Part shown: piece after piece, positions 51,288-61,548 of the stretch
Numbering within the stretch: the first letter of the stretch is position 1
How the letters are laid out: each line of letters opens with the position of its first letter
Assembly: GCA_965116495.1 (NCBI GenBank)
Contig: OZ220696.1
Span: 3,296,001 to 3,360,000, forward strand
DNA length: 64,000 nucleotides
Source of the DNA: Gammaproteobacteria bacterium
GTDB lineage: Bacteria > Pseudomonadota > Gammaproteobacteria > Eutrophobiales > Eutrophobiaceae
Reading direction: 5' to 3'
Translations under genes and position numbers: made by a program
The notes under the pieces: model-generated
What the model was told of the DNA's origin: nothing
The model's database searches: none
Seen by the model: the letters and a program-made list of their open reading frames with translations, nothing else

Positions 51288-51377
51288 CCATTCCTGCGGA
51301 AGCAGGAATCCAATGAAACAAAGAACTGCCTCCAGCAGCACGATACTGGACTGGATTCGGGGTCGAGCCCGGAATGG
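51288..51377. repeat. Inverted pair of REP-like units
   Basis: ccattcctgcggaagcaggaatcca ... tggattcggggtcgagcccggaatgg. Confidence 0.75.
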
Positions 51378-51389
51378 TGTAGTTTTCTT

Positions 51390-51935
51390 TCATTCGAACA
51401 AATTTACTTCACAACCTTCAGAGACGAGTTCAAACAACTCGATCACATCGCGGTTACGCATACGTATGCACCCTGCTGACCCGGGCTCTCCCATTTTCAC
51501 GTCGTCGGGTGCGCCGTGAATGTAAATGTAGCGGCTATAGGTATCCACCGACCCGCCCCGGTTGACTCCGGGTTCTTCTCCCTGCAACCAGATAATCCGG
51601 GTGAGTATCCAGTCACGTCCGGGGTATTGCCGGCGCAGCGCAGGACTGTATAGCTCGCCGGTAGGTTGCCTGCCGACAAATACCGTATCGGGCGCGCAGC
51701 CTGCGCCGATCATCTCAGCGATGCTGTGCCTGCCCCGGGGCGTACAACCGCTGTCAAGCTGTTCACCGATGCCGTTTTTCCCGGTTGACACGACGTATTC
51801 ACGGGTAACGCCGTCAGTCCCCTGCTTACCCCGTGCAGAGCCTGCCCCTGCGGTTGTAAGCAGGGGGGCAGGCCCATGCAGTTGCAGGACCTGCCGGGAC
51901 AAATTGACGTTAATCTTGATATCTTTATGCGGCAT
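51390..51935 (-). CDS. L,D-transpeptidase (YkuD family)
   Basis: VSTG..G.G, TP.G, ILTRI.WL.G and YIYIHG......G.P.S.GCIRM motifs. Confidence 0.9.
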   Translation of the reverse strand: MPHKDIKINVNLSRQVLQLHGPAPLLTTAGAGSARGKQGTDGVTREYVVSTGKNGIGEQLDSGCTPRGRHSIAEMIGAGCAPDTVFVGRQPTGELYSPALRRQYPGRDWILTRIIWLQGEEPGVNRGGSVDTYSRYIYIHGAPDDVKMGEPGSAGCIRMRNRDVIELFELVSEGCEVNLFE

Positions 51936-51947
51936 CGATTTTGTACC

Positions 51948-53270
51948 TTACTCAAACAAGGCGATGGATTCAACATGGGACGTGTGGGGAAACATATCCA
52001 TTACCCCTGCCGCATTCAGGCTTAACCCTCCCTGGTTTACCAGGATACCTGCATCACGGGCCAGGGTTGCAGGGTTGCAGGATACGTAGACCAGTTTATC
52101 CACCCGCTGCAAGTCCAGTTGTTCGAGAATCTCCCGGGCGCCGCTGCGCGGAGGGTCAAGCAGGACCTTGTTATAATCAAGTGCCGCCAACCGGGCACCG
52201 GCATCCTGTCCCGATAAGTCACACACCCTGAACTCAACATTGGACAAGCTGTTTTTCTCCGCATTCATCCTGGCGCGGCGTACCAGTTCCTGCGACGCTT
52301 CAACACCGGTTACGCAATTTGCATACCTTGCCATGGGCAGGGTGAAGTTGCCCAGGCCGCAGAACAGGTCAAGGACCGAATCGGCGCCGGACAAGTCCAG
52401 TAATGAGATAACCCGGTCAACCAGCAAGGGGTTAAGGTCAAAATTCACCTGGGTAAAATCAATGGGAAAAAATTCTATAGTGACGTTGTGCTTGTCGAGC
52501 CGGTAATGCAGGTTCTGTTCCACCTGGCCGGATAAGCTGTACACGCTGTCCAACCCGGCAGGCTGCAGGTAAAACCTGACCGGATGCATTTTCTCGTACC
52601 CGGACAGAACGGCTTTATCATCATCGGTCAATGGCGCCAGGTGCCGGATGACAATAGCGGCGACTGCATTACTTACCGCCACCTCCAACTGGGGAATCTG
52701 CCGGTAAACCGACAGACCCCGGATCAGTTCCTTCAGTTGCCCGATGGTTTTTCCGAGGAACGGATGCAGCACCTCGCAGGAATCGATATCGGCAATCAAA
52801 CGGCTGTTCTTTTCCCTGAAACCCACCAGCACTTTTTCCTTCCCGTCGACGTATTTCACGCCCATCCTGGCTTTACGCCGGTAGCCCCAGTGAGATGCTG
52901 ACAGGGGTGGGATAACCCGTTCGGGCGCCGCCCCGGCGATGTGTTGCAACTGTTCCAGTAAAACCGATTGTTTATGTAAAATCTGCTGAGCGTTGTCCAG
53001 GTGCATCAGGCTGCAACCGCCGCACATATCATAGTGCCGGCAGCGGGGTTCGGCCCGTAACGCCGATGGCTCGATCACTTCTACCGTGCGACCTTCATCG
53101 AATTGCCCGCGCCTGCGTGTATACACGAACCGGATTTGCTCACCCGGCAGGGCACCCTGTATGAATACTGTCTTGCCGTTGATACGGGCTATGCCCCGGC
53201 CCTCATGGGAGAGAGCTTCTACGGTGGCTGATATCGGTTCGGCAGGTGGTTTATTCCGCTGGCGGGGCAT
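51948..53270 (-). CDS. rlmD: 23S rRNA (uracil-1939-C5)-methyltransferase
   Basis: TRAM domain, C.....CGGC, FTQVN, LDLFCGLGNF, DPPR.G, YVSCNP and DMFPHT.HVE motifs. Confidence 0.95.
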   Translation of the reverse strand: MPRQRNKPPAEPISATVEALSHEGRGIARINGKTVFIQGALPGEQIRFVYTRRRGQFDEGRTVEVIEPSALRAEPRCRHYDMCGGCSLMHLDNAQQILHKQSVLLEQLQHIAGAAPERVIPPLSASHWGYRRKARMGVKYVDGKEKVLVGFREKNSRLIADIDSCEVLHPFLGKTIGQLKELIRGLSVYRQIPQLEVAVSNAVAAIVIRHLAPLTDDDKAVLSGYEKMHPVRFYLQPAGLDSVYSLSGQVEQNLHYRLDKHNVTIEFFPIDFTQVNFDLNPLLVDRVISLLDLSGADSVLDLFCGLGNFTLPMARYANCVTGVEASQELVRRARMNAEKNSLSNVEFRVCDLSGQDAGARLAALDYNKVLLDPPRSGAREILEQLDLQRVDKLVYVSCNPATLARDAGILVNQGGLSLNAAGVMDMFPHTSHVESIALFE

Positions 53271-53385
53271 TGGCGGATTATATCAGTCTTAACTGATGTC
53301 ACGAACAGTTGGATTTGCACTACGTGTATCATACACTTTGTAAAATTTCAGGAGGTCAAACCTGGTGTTACCGGGAAACGGGAAA

Positions 53386-54537
53386 ATGTTGAATGTGCTC
53401 CATGTCGTTCCAAGCATGTCACCCTCATGGGGCGGGCCGGCAATCGTCGCATCGGAACTGACGTCGGAACTTGTTCGGCGCGGGGTGATATGTGAGATTG
53501 TGACAGCCCATGGGCACAGGGTAGGCACAGGCCAGGTACCGACCCCCGGCGTGCCCATCACCAGCTTTGCTACGGAGTTGCCGGCGCGGTTCTGGACCGG
53601 CTACTCAAGGGAAATGACCCGGTTTATGCGAGCCAGGACCGGTAGCTTCGACCTCATCCATGTCCACGAGATATGGCATTACCCCGCGTTTGCGGCGTTT
53701 TATGCCGCAAGGCGGCACAAGCTCCCCTATGTTGTGACCATACACGGCGAACTCAGTGACTGGGGTCTTCGGCAGAAGGCGCTGAAGAAGCGGCTGTACA
53801 GGTTGTGTGAACTGGACCGGCGGCTGAACGAAGCCGGTTCGCTTCATGCAATCACCAGCACCGAAAAAGAACAGATTCTCAAGCTGGGCTATAAGGCGCC
53901 GGTGTTGATTGCCCCAAACGGCATTAACCCATCCATATTCGAGGCGTTACCTTCTCCAGCCAGGTTTTTACAACGCTTCCCGGCTTTAAAAGGAAAGCGC
54001 GTAGTGCTTTTCCTGGGCCGGTTGCATCTCAAGAAAGGCCTGGACATACTGGCGCGAAGTTTTTCGATGATCGCCAGGCAATTTGAAGACGCGATACTAC
54101 TGGTTGCAGGCCCCGATAAGTTCGGCACCCGGGAAAACATGGAGTCCATCCTGCGTTCGAACGGCCTGCTGGGCAGGGCGGTGTTTACCGGACTGTTGAC
54201 CGGTGAAGACAAGCTGGCAGCGATGAATTATGCCGACCTTTTCGTATTGCCGTCACATTCCGACGTGCTGGGGATAGCCGTGATGGAGGCGATGGCGGCG
54301 CGCTTGCCGGTTATCATAACCTCCGGGTGTGAGTTCCCGGAGGTTTCCGAACGCGCAGCGGGCCTTGTCGTTGAAGCTGACGATGCATCCGTTGCCGTAG
54401 CCATAAGCCGGTTGCTGGCAGATGAAAACCTGCGCAAGCGCATGGGCCAACAGGGGAATAAACTGGTTAACGAACGATATACCTGGCAGGCTACGGCGGA
54501 TACGATAGTTGGCCTCTATACGGGTCTCGTGTCCTGA
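53386..54537 (+). CDS. Glycosyltransferase family 4
   Basis: GGP, H.H..W, PNG, FLGRL...KG and LPS......I...EAMA motifs. Confidence 0.9.
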   Translation: MLNVLHVVPSMSPSWGGPAIVASELTSELVRRGVICEIVTAHGHRVGTGQVPTPGVPITSFATELPARFWTGYSREMTRFMRARTGSFDLIHVHEIWHYPAFAAFYAARRHKLPYVVTIHGELSDWGLRQKALKKRLYRLCELDRRLNEAGSLHAITSTEKEQILKLGYKAPVLIAPNGINPSIFEALPSPARFLQRFPALKGKRVVLFLGRLHLKKGLDILARSFSMIARQFEDAILLVAGPDKFGTRENMESILRSNGLLGRAVFTGLLTGEDKLAAMNYADLFVLPSHSDVLGIAVMEAMAARLPVIITSGCEFPEVSERAAGLVVEADDASVAVAISRLLADENLRKRMGQQGNKLVNERYTWQATADTIVGLYTGLVS

Positions 54538-56084
54538 TGAGCAATAACGGCGGGCGTGAAATGAGCCTCAGCGCGCGTACGCTCAGCGGACTGGGATGGT
54601 CTTACCTGGCTACCTTTATCAAGGCTCTCATGTCCTTGCTGGTGCTGGTGATCCTCGCCCGGTTGCTCGAACCGGTTGATTTTGGACTGCTTGCCATTGC
54701 CTGGATTTTTATCCTGTTCGGCTTGAGAGTCGGCCAGGCGTTTGTCGGGCCCGCAATCATCCAGCGGTCTGAGTTGACCGAGCGCCATATTCAAACCGGT
54801 TTCACCCTGTCATTGATAGCAGGTGTTTCCCTGGCGGTATTCATCTATCTGCTTGCGCCGCTTGTCGGTAAGTTCTTTGATGAAGCAACGGCGTCCCGTG
54901 TCCTGCAGGCTTTATCGGTGATTTTTCTCATTAACAGTATCGGCACTGTACCTGTCCATTTGCTGCGCCGCGAACTCCGCTTCAGGGAGTTGATGTTTGC
55001 CGACATTCTGGCCTATTCCATTGGTTACGGATTTACGGCCGTCATCCTCGCGTTCCAGGGTTATGGTGTATGGGCCCTGGTCTGGGGCGAGATCATGCAC
55101 AAGGTCATCCATACGCTTATGGTCTTCCGCTGTACTCGTGTACGCCTTTGTCCCCGTTGGGCGCCGGATGAAGCAACTGACCTGCTTTCCACCGGGGCCG
55201 GATTTTCGCTGGCCCGGTTTTTTGAGTTCATCGCCCGGCAGGGAGGTCATTTCGTTGTCGGGCGCTGGGTAGGCGCCGCGTCACTCGGGTTTTACACGCG
55301 GGCGGACAAGCTGATCCTGTTGCCGAGAAACTACGTCAGCCAGGGTTTGTTCCATGTTCTGTTTCCGGCGATGGCACAGCGGCAACGGGGGACGGATAGT
55401 CTGGCGACCGTATACCTGCACGGTACCGAGATATTATCGCTGGTAGCGTTGCCGATTGGCGTCATGCTGTATGTCTGCGCCCCCGAGATCGTCACTGTGA
55501 TCCTGGGTGGGCAGTGGGGTCCGGTAATTGTCCTCCTCCAGATCCTGGCGTTTGCCGTTCTGTTCCAGATGTGCGATATCCTTAATCTCGCCGCTATCGG
55601 CGCTGTAGGTGCGGTGTATCGCCAGGCCTGGCGGCAAGCCATACATGCTTTTCTTGTTGTATCCGGCGCCTGGTTTGCGAGCGGATGGGGCCTTGAAAGC
55701 GTGGTTATGGCTATCGTTGGCGCCCAGCTTGCAGCCTACCTGCTGTTGACACAGTTGACGGTATCGCTGCTTGGATTGAGCCGGCTTCGCCTGATGCGCT
55801 GCTTCCTGCCGGCGTTATGGACAGGCACCTGGGTTGCCGTGGCACTGTGGTCGGCTGCAAGCCAGGCCCGGGCCTTGCACCTGCCGCCGCTACTGTCTCT
55901 TTTTATAGAGATGCTTGTCTGGACTGTAGCGGTTATCACAGCGCTGTATTTCGCACCGCGCTGTGTCCGTCCCCAGTCCGCCCGCTGGGTTGGTGCCAAT
56001 ATCCCTTTTGAGGTCCTGGGAAAACCCGGACAATACATTGGGAACGGACTGAAATGGTTGTTAAGCGAACGGGGGGATCATTGA
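54537..56084 (+). CDS. Wzx-type polysaccharide flippase
   Basis: LARLL.P.DFGL, R.L.F, GVWAL, LG.Y.RA and LG.QW motifs; many transmembrane segments. Confidence 0.88.
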   Translation: MSNNGGREMSLSARTLSGLGWSYLATFIKALMSLLVLVILARLLEPVDFGLLAIAWIFILFGLRVGQAFVGPAIIQRSELTERHIQTGFTLSLIAGVSLAVFIYLLAPLVGKFFDEATASRVLQALSVIFLINSIGTVPVHLLRRELRFRELMFADILAYSIGYGFTAVILAFQGYGVWALVWGEIMHKVIHTLMVFRCTRVRLCPRWAPDEATDLLSTGAGFSLARFFEFIARQGGHFVVGRWVGAASLGFYTRADKLILLPRNYVSQGLFHVLFPAMAQRQRGTDSLATVYLHGTEILSLVALPIGVMLYVCAPEIVTVILGGQWGPVIVLLQILAFAVLFQMCDILNLAAIGAVGAVYRQAWRQAIHAFLVVSGAWFASGWGLESVVMAIVGAQLAAYLLLTQLTVSLLGLSRLRLMRCFLPALWTGTWVAVALWSAASQARALHLPPLLSLFIEMLVWTVAVITALYFAPRCVRPQSARWVGANIPFEVLGKPGQYIGNGLKWLLSERGDH

Positions 56085-56168
56085 CAACATTGATTGAACA
56101 GTCATACTCTGCATATCATTTGATGTTGATTGCAGTAGCCTTTGTAGCTGATTTGTCTGGTTATAAGC

Positions 56169-56822
56169 GTGAACGAAAGAAACGGCGTGCGTGACGGGTA
56201 TAAACGCGCTTTCGACCTGGCCGTTATTTCCATGGCCTGTATCCTACTGTTACCCCTGTGGCTGATCGTCTGGATAGTTGTTCCGCTTGCCATCTGGCTG
56301 GAAGATCGCGGGCCGGTTTTCTACGCGCAGGAACGTGTAGGCAGGGGGGGAACGCACTTCAGAGTCCTCAAGTTTCGTACGATGATACAGAATGCTGAGA
56401 GTTTGACGGGACAGGTCCTTGCCGCGGAAGATGATCCCCGTCTGACCGGGGTTGGGAGAATATTGCGTAAATTCCATCTTGACGAGATGCCCCAGGTCAT
56501 CAATATCGTGAGAGGCGAGATGAGCCTGGTAGGACCGCGCCCGGAACGGCCGGCCCTGGCCGAACAGTTCAACCGCGAGGTGCCCGGATTCTCGCAGCGT
56601 CTCAGGGTGAGGCCGGGTATCGCCGGCCTGGCTCAGGTGCGCGGCAGTTACTGGACGGATCCGGGTTACAAGCTGAGATACGACAACCTCTACATTGAAA
56701 CGATGAGTCCGTGGCTGGACTGCAAGCTGCTTTTTCTCTCCGTATGGGTCGCCATCAAGCGTGTCTTTTCCGGTCCGGACGCTTCTGTTTCCGATAACGG
56801 CGCCGGGGAAGGCCAGCCCTGA
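56169..56822 (+). CDS. Priming sugar (phospho)transferase, bacterial sugar transferase family
   Basis: KRAFD, KFRTM, DPR.T..G..LR..LDE.PQ, GEMSLVGPRPE and RPGI.GLAQ motifs. Confidence 0.93.
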   Translation: MNERNGVRDGYKRAFDLAVISMACILLLPLWLIVWIVVPLAIWLEDRGPVFYAQERVGRGGTHFRVLKFRTMIQNAESLTGQVLAAEDDPRLTGVGRILRKFHLDEMPQVINIVRGEMSLVGPRPERPALAEQFNREVPGFSQRLRVRPGIAGLAQVRGSYWTDPGYKLRYDNLYIETMSPWLDCKLLFLSVWVAIKRVFSGPDASVSDNGAGEGQP

Positions 56823-56850
56823 TGAAAAAAGCGAAGCGGGAGGCAGGCAG

Positions 56851-57687
56851 TTGGTGACTGAGCTGAAGCAGGACCGGCAGGTAACAGTATCGATCATCAT
56901 CCTGACCTGGAATTCCGAGCAGCATATCGGTGCGTGTTTAGCTTCACTCGAGCGCGGGCTGGAAACATATTCTTCCGAAGTTATCGTAATTGACAACGGT
57001 TCAAGCGATCTCACCTGTTCCATTGTCAGGGAGGCCCGGCCTGGTGTACGGCTGGTAACCAATCCCGAAAACCGGGGAGTGGCCCCGGCCCGTAACCAGG
57101 GGATACGTCTTGCGCAAGGCAAATACATACTTATCCTTGATGATGATACGGTAGTACAACCGGGATCCCTTGACTGCCTCACCTGCTACATGGAGGATCA
57201 GCCTGTGACCGGACTATGCGGACCCAGACTCAGCGGCGCTGACGGGGAGTTGCAGTTATCGTGCAGGCGCTTTCCGACCCTGACAGACAAGCTGGCCCGG
57301 CGCCTGCCTTCAGGTCTGGGCCGGAAAGCCGCGCGCGTTGCGGAGATGGCGGACTGGGACCACGGGACAATTCGTGCGGTTGATTATGTGATCGGCGCCT
57401 GCCAGCTGATACGCCATAGTGCCTTGCAGCAGGTTGGACTGTTCGACGAGCGTATTTTTTACGGTCCGGAGGATGTCGATATGTGCCTGCGCCTGCAGCA
57501 GGCGGGCTGGGCAGTGGTATATAATCCTGAAGCCGTTGTGGTACACGAAGAACGCAGGATGACCCGGTCCCTGAAATCCGGCCTGTTGTGGAAGCATATT
57601 TGCGGGCTCGGTTACTTTTTCTGGAAGCATGGGTATCTGTTTTCCCGGCGACAGTTATACATCAAAACGGCAGATAGTGACGAGTGA
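56851..57687 (+). CDS. Glycosyltransferase family 2
   Basis: SIII.T.N, IDNGS.D, N.G...A.N.G, DDD, GAC and FDE......EDVD.C.R motifs. Confidence 0.9.
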   Translation: MVTELKQDRQVTVSIIILTWNSEQHIGACLASLERGLETYSSEVIVIDNGSSDLTCSIVREARPGVRLVTNPENRGVAPARNQGIRLAQGKYILILDDDTVVQPGSLDCLTCYMEDQPVTGLCGPRLSGADGELQLSCRRFPTLTDKLARRLPSGLGRKAARVAEMADWDHGTIRAVDYVIGACQLIRHSALQQVGLFDERIFYGPEDVDMCLRLQQAGWAVVYNPEAVVVHEERRMTRSLKSGLLWKHICGLGYFFWKHGYLFSRRQLYIKTADSDE

Positions 57688-57776
57688 ATAGGTGTTTGAT
57701 TGTACAAAACAAAGCGCTATATATTGGAAATCAAACGATAGTCGATTAAATTCCTTTAATCGTCTGATTTTTTCTG

Positions 57777-58523
57777 ATGGATAAAGTATCTGTAGTTATT
57801 CCCAGCTACAACTCTTCATCATATGTGATGAAGGCCATCGACTCTGTTTTGAACCAAACATATGACAACTTGGAAATAATATTAGTTGATGATGCCTCTA
57901 CAGATGATACCTGTTCCATAGTCAAACGAACCAATGACCCACGCCTAAAAGTCATAGTCCGTGAAAATAATGGTGGTGCTGCCGCAGCGCGGAACACGGG
58001 TATCAATGCAGCATCCGGCCGATATATCGCCTTTCTCGATGCGGATGATTATTGGTCAGTAAATAAATTGTCAGTACAGATAAGTGAGATGCGGAAGCAT
58101 GATGCAAGCTTCTCATGTACTAATTACATCGTTGTAGCGAAAAAGAGAAAGTTGTTACTGAAAATGCCGGAAGAAATAAATTATAGACAGCTTCTCAAGG
58201 GAAATATTATCCATACATCTACAGTGGTATACGATAGTGATAAGCTCGGAAAAATCTATATGCCTGAGTTACAAATGGCTGAGGATTTTGCTACCTGGTT
58301 AAATCTTCTCAAGCGCGGCGGAACAGCTTTGATTGTACGGCAATCATTGGCATATCGCCTGAGACGCAGCGACTCACTTTCCTCAAGAATATTAACTATG
58401 AAATATTTCACCTACAGGGTATACAGGGAGACGCAGGGGCTGCCGGCAACCACTTCACTTTACTACTTGTTAAGCGTCCTGCCGGTGGCGTTGTGGAAGC
58501 GATTAAGAGGGAATTATATTTAG
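57777..58523 (+). CDS. Glycosyltransferase family 2 (AT-rich)
   Basis: VSVVIPSYN, VDDASTD, ARN.G, AFLDADD.W...KL..Q and ED...W motifs. Confidence 0.92.
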   Translation: MDKVSVVIPSYNSSSYVMKAIDSVLNQTYDNLEIILVDDASTDDTCSIVKRTNDPRLKVIVRENNGGAAAARNTGINAASGRYIAFLDADDYWSVNKLSVQISEMRKHDASFSCTNYIVVAKKRKLLLKMPEEINYRQLLKGNIIHTSTVVYDSDKLGKIYMPELQMAEDFATWLNLLKRGGTALIVRQSLAYRLRRSDSLSSRILTMKYFTYRVYRETQGLPATTSLYYLLSVLPVALWKRLRGNYI

Positions 58524-58583
58524 GGAATCTCTGACTATTTCCAGAGGTTCCATTACGGAAGAGTGGTAATAATAGATTTCTTG

Positions 58584-59384
58584 TCACCCATTCACCCAGC
58601 AACGATCTGTTTCGTAACCCAGATCTATCAGTGCCTGGCCGGCATAATAATCAAATACTTCCCGCGCTTCCCGTGTGAAGTGGTTTTTCCAGTCACCAAC
58701 GATGCCTTTGCGTACAAAGCTGAAAGCGTCTTCTTCTCCCGTATTGCGTCCTGTTACGTTCTCGAACGAAAACTTGGATATGCATGTGTCGAGTTTTAAT
58801 TCGTCAATGTTCTCTACCGACAGGAATTCGAAAATCTTTTTCAGTTCGCGTCCTGGACTCTCACGCATCTGTTCGTAGCTGGTTTCTACGTAGCCGGACC
58901 TGTTCTTCCAGGTCTCGATGAAACTGGTCCAGGTCATGTTGTGCGGTGGTCCATCAGAGAAAAAATATTCGATATATCTCGGCAAATTGTGTTTAATATC
59001 ACGCGCATCAGTAATTCCTAGCTGTTTCTGCTGCATTTCCGCCCAAGCTGGCATTGTCCTGCGCCGGTGAAACAGGTGATAATAATAGTGAGATACAATC
59101 ACGTCTCTTCCGTCTCTCCACATAACAATAGTGTCATTCGCGTCGGAGACATTCAGGTAATGGCCATGCAGCACACAACGGCGGCGAGACGGTAAATGGT
59201 CGCGGGTGTTCGGAATGTCCAGGTACTCAGCGATCATCTGGCACACCCAAGTCCCTCCTGACTTTGGATGTTCGGTAAGTACGATCTTTGACGGGCCGGA
59301 ACCCGGGATGCTATAAACCATAGCATCCTTTATAGTATCGTGGAGTTTACGCCACCAGCGTGTATTTCTTCGTTCGAAAATCAT
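58584..59384 (-). CDS. Sulfotransferase (Sulfotransfer_1-like)
   Basis: PKSGGTW (5'-PSB), RDGRD..VS (3'-PB), YE and RKGIVGDWKNHF motifs. Confidence 0.9.
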   Translation of the reverse strand: MIFERRNTRWWRKLHDTIKDAMVYSIPGSGPSKIVLTEHPKSGGTWVCQMIAEYLDIPNTRDHLPSRRRCVLHGHYLNVSDANDTIVMWRDGRDVIVSHYYYHLFHRRRTMPAWAEMQQKQLGITDARDIKHNLPRYIEYFFSDGPPHNMTWTSFIETWKNRSGYVETSYEQMRESPGRELKKIFEFLSVENIDELKLDTCISKFSFENVTGRNTGEEDAFSFVRKGIVGDWKNHFTREAREVFDYYAGQALIDLGYETDRCWVNG

Positions 59385-59594
59385 ATATCTGTAGGAGAAA
59401 CAGAATAGTTACAGGTTTTTTGGTTTGCCATAGACCTAAGTAAACACTATAGTATTTACACAAAATATATCGCATAACATTTTATCTTGTAAATCATTCT
59501 AGTTGAAATTCAACCGGTGGCTTCTTCTTCACATATATGAAGACGTGATTTTACGCTACCGAATTCAGCAGCACTAATACCCAGATACAAGACA

Positions 59595-60506
59595 TTGAGG
59601 TCATACAATACAGTGAATTTTTTCATTGTCGGTGCAGCCAAATCTGGGACTACGACCCTATTCGAGACTTTGAACAGGCACCCCTCGATTTTTATACCGC
59701 AACACAAGGAATGCCGTTATTTTTCCTGTTTACCTGCAACATTCTCGGGGCTTAGCCCGAATACTACAAAATATTTGGTTCGGACTTTCGAAGAATATCG
59801 CAATTTGTTCAAAGGAGCTAAACCCGGCCAACTATGCGGCGATATTTCGCCTGATTACCTGTACTATCACAGAAACGCTGTGTCCAAGATAATTGCTGAG
59901 ATTAATGCGCAGGTTCCGGTTGTTATCGTTTTGCGTAACCCCATTGACCGTGCCTATTCAAATTACCTCCATCATGTCAGAGATGGGCGCGAATATATGA
60001 GTTTTGAAGCTGCGCTCGAAGCGGAAACAGAACGTATAGCTTCAAATTGGGCTTGGGGATGGGGCTACGTAGATGTTGGATTGTACGCCGAACAGGTAAA
60101 GGCATACCTGGACAATTTTGAACGGGTCCTACTGCTTCTGTTTGAAGAAGACATCGAAACGGGCCGAGCAACCGGCAAGGTATTGAATTTTCTGAACCTT
60201 GAACCATCCCATGAAGACCTGGGGAAAGTACATGTAAACGTTTCCGGTTATCCGCAAAATCGTATCCTGCACCGCTTGATGACTGATGAACTGGTAGTCA
60301 GGAAAATCAAGAACGTGGTCAAGGCAACGCCGTTGTATCCTCACTCTAAGAAAGTTTACAGGAAGGTGATGGAAGCGAATCTGAAAAAGGAAGCCATGGC
60401 GCCGGAGACGCGGCGGATGCTGAAACAGAAGTTCAAGGACGATGTCGCCCTGCTAGTGGAGTACACCGGGCTACCCATCCAAAGATTCTGGGCAGATTTT
60501 CAATAA
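59595..60506 (+). CDS. Sulfotransferase family protein, tandem copy 1
   Basis: GAAKSGTT, HP, KE..YF, SP.YL, LRNP..RAYS and GLY motifs; TTG start. Confidence 0.9.
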   Translation: MRSYNTVNFFIVGAAKSGTTTLFETLNRHPSIFIPQHKECRYFSCLPATFSGLSPNTTKYLVRTFEEYRNLFKGAKPGQLCGDISPDYLYYHRNAVSKIIAEINAQVPVVIVLRNPIDRAYSNYLHHVRDGREYMSFEAALEAETERIASNWAWGWGYVDVGLYAEQVKAYLDNFERVLLLLFEEDIETGRATGKVLNFLNLEPSHEDLGKVHVNVSGYPQNRILHRLMTDELVVRKIKNVVKATPLYPHSKKVYRKVMEANLKKEAMAPETRRMLKQKFKDDVALLVEYTGLPIQRFWADFQ

Positions 60507-60621
60507 ATTGAAGAGAAAATATTCTCTCTGGGAGGTTTGTTTTGAGCTTTGCTGAATCTGGGCAAGCAATTGCGCAAAGCCAGTTAACCCATACATTTTT
60601 GTACCCTATTTCTCCGGAACA

Positions 60622-61548
60622 TTGAGTAAATATAATCCAGTCGATTTTCTCATTGTCGGCGCTGCAAAATCGGGTACATCGACACTGTTTGAGAGCTTGA
60701 CAACACACCCCGGTGTCTTTATTCCCAGACGTAAGGAATGCCGTTATTTTTCCTGCATGCCCGGTAATTTCGTGGGACCGGGACGCGTAGCTGCAAATGA
60801 TGTAATTCGCTCTATTGATGAATATCGAGAACTATTCAGGGAGGCAAAGCTGGGTCAGCTTTGTGGTGATACTTCGCCCGACTACCTTTATTATCACCAA
60901 AATGCCGTCCCCAGGATTCTTGACGAAACCAGTACCCGTATACCGATCATTATCGTTTTGCGTAATCCAGTAGAGCGGGCTTATTCCAACTACCTAATGA
61001 AGGTGCGCGAAAGGCGGGAACGATTGAGTTTTGAAGATGCCCTGGACGCGGAACCAGAACGTCTTGCCAACCATTGGGCATGGGGATGGGGTTATGTGAG
61101 CGGAGGGTTTTATGCCGAGCAGGTCAAGGCGTACCTGGACAACTTTGATAATGTTTTGCTGATGATTTTTGAGGAAGACATCGTAACGGGCCGGGCAACC
61201 GGCAAGGTCTTGGGTTTCTTGAACCTTGAACCATGCCACAAAGGTCCGGATAAGGTACATGCAAATGTTTCCGGTTATCCGCAAAATCGCGTTTTACACC
61301 GGTTGATGACGGATGAACTGGTAGTCAGGAAAATCAAGAATATGGTCAAGGCAACGCCGTTGTATGCCCGTTCAAAGCAGATTTATCGGAAAGTGATGGA
61401 AGGGAACTTAAAAAAAGAGGCGATGGCGCCGGAGACGCGGCGGATGCTTAAAGAGAAGTTTCGGGACGATGTCTCACTGCTGGCGGAGTATACCGGACTC
61501 CCCGTGTACAAGTTCTGGACGGATTTCCGGCCCAGGGTGTTCCGCTGA
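60622..61548 (+). CDS. Sulfotransferase family protein, tandem copy 2
   Basis: Same motifs; C-terminal third nearly identical to copy 1. Confidence 0.9.
   Translation: MSKYNPVDFLIVGAAKSGTSTLFESLTTHPGVFIPRRKECRYFSCMPGNFVGPGRVAANDVIRSIDEYRELFREAKLGQLCGDTSPDYLYYHQNAVPRILDETSTRIPIIIVLRNPVERAYSNYLMKVRERRERLSFEDALDAEPERLANHWAWGWGYVSGGFYAEQVKAYLDNFDNVLLMIFEEDIVTGRATGKVLGFLNLEPCHKGPDKVHANVSGYPQNRVLHRLMTDELVVRKIKNMVKATPLYARSKQIYRKVMEGNLKKEAMAPETRRMLKEKFRDDVSLLAEYTGLPVYKFWTDFRPRVFR

Noticed and set aside
56250-57182. 310-aa - strand ORF
   Set aside because: Antisense to the sugar transferase and GT2 genes; no recognisable domain.
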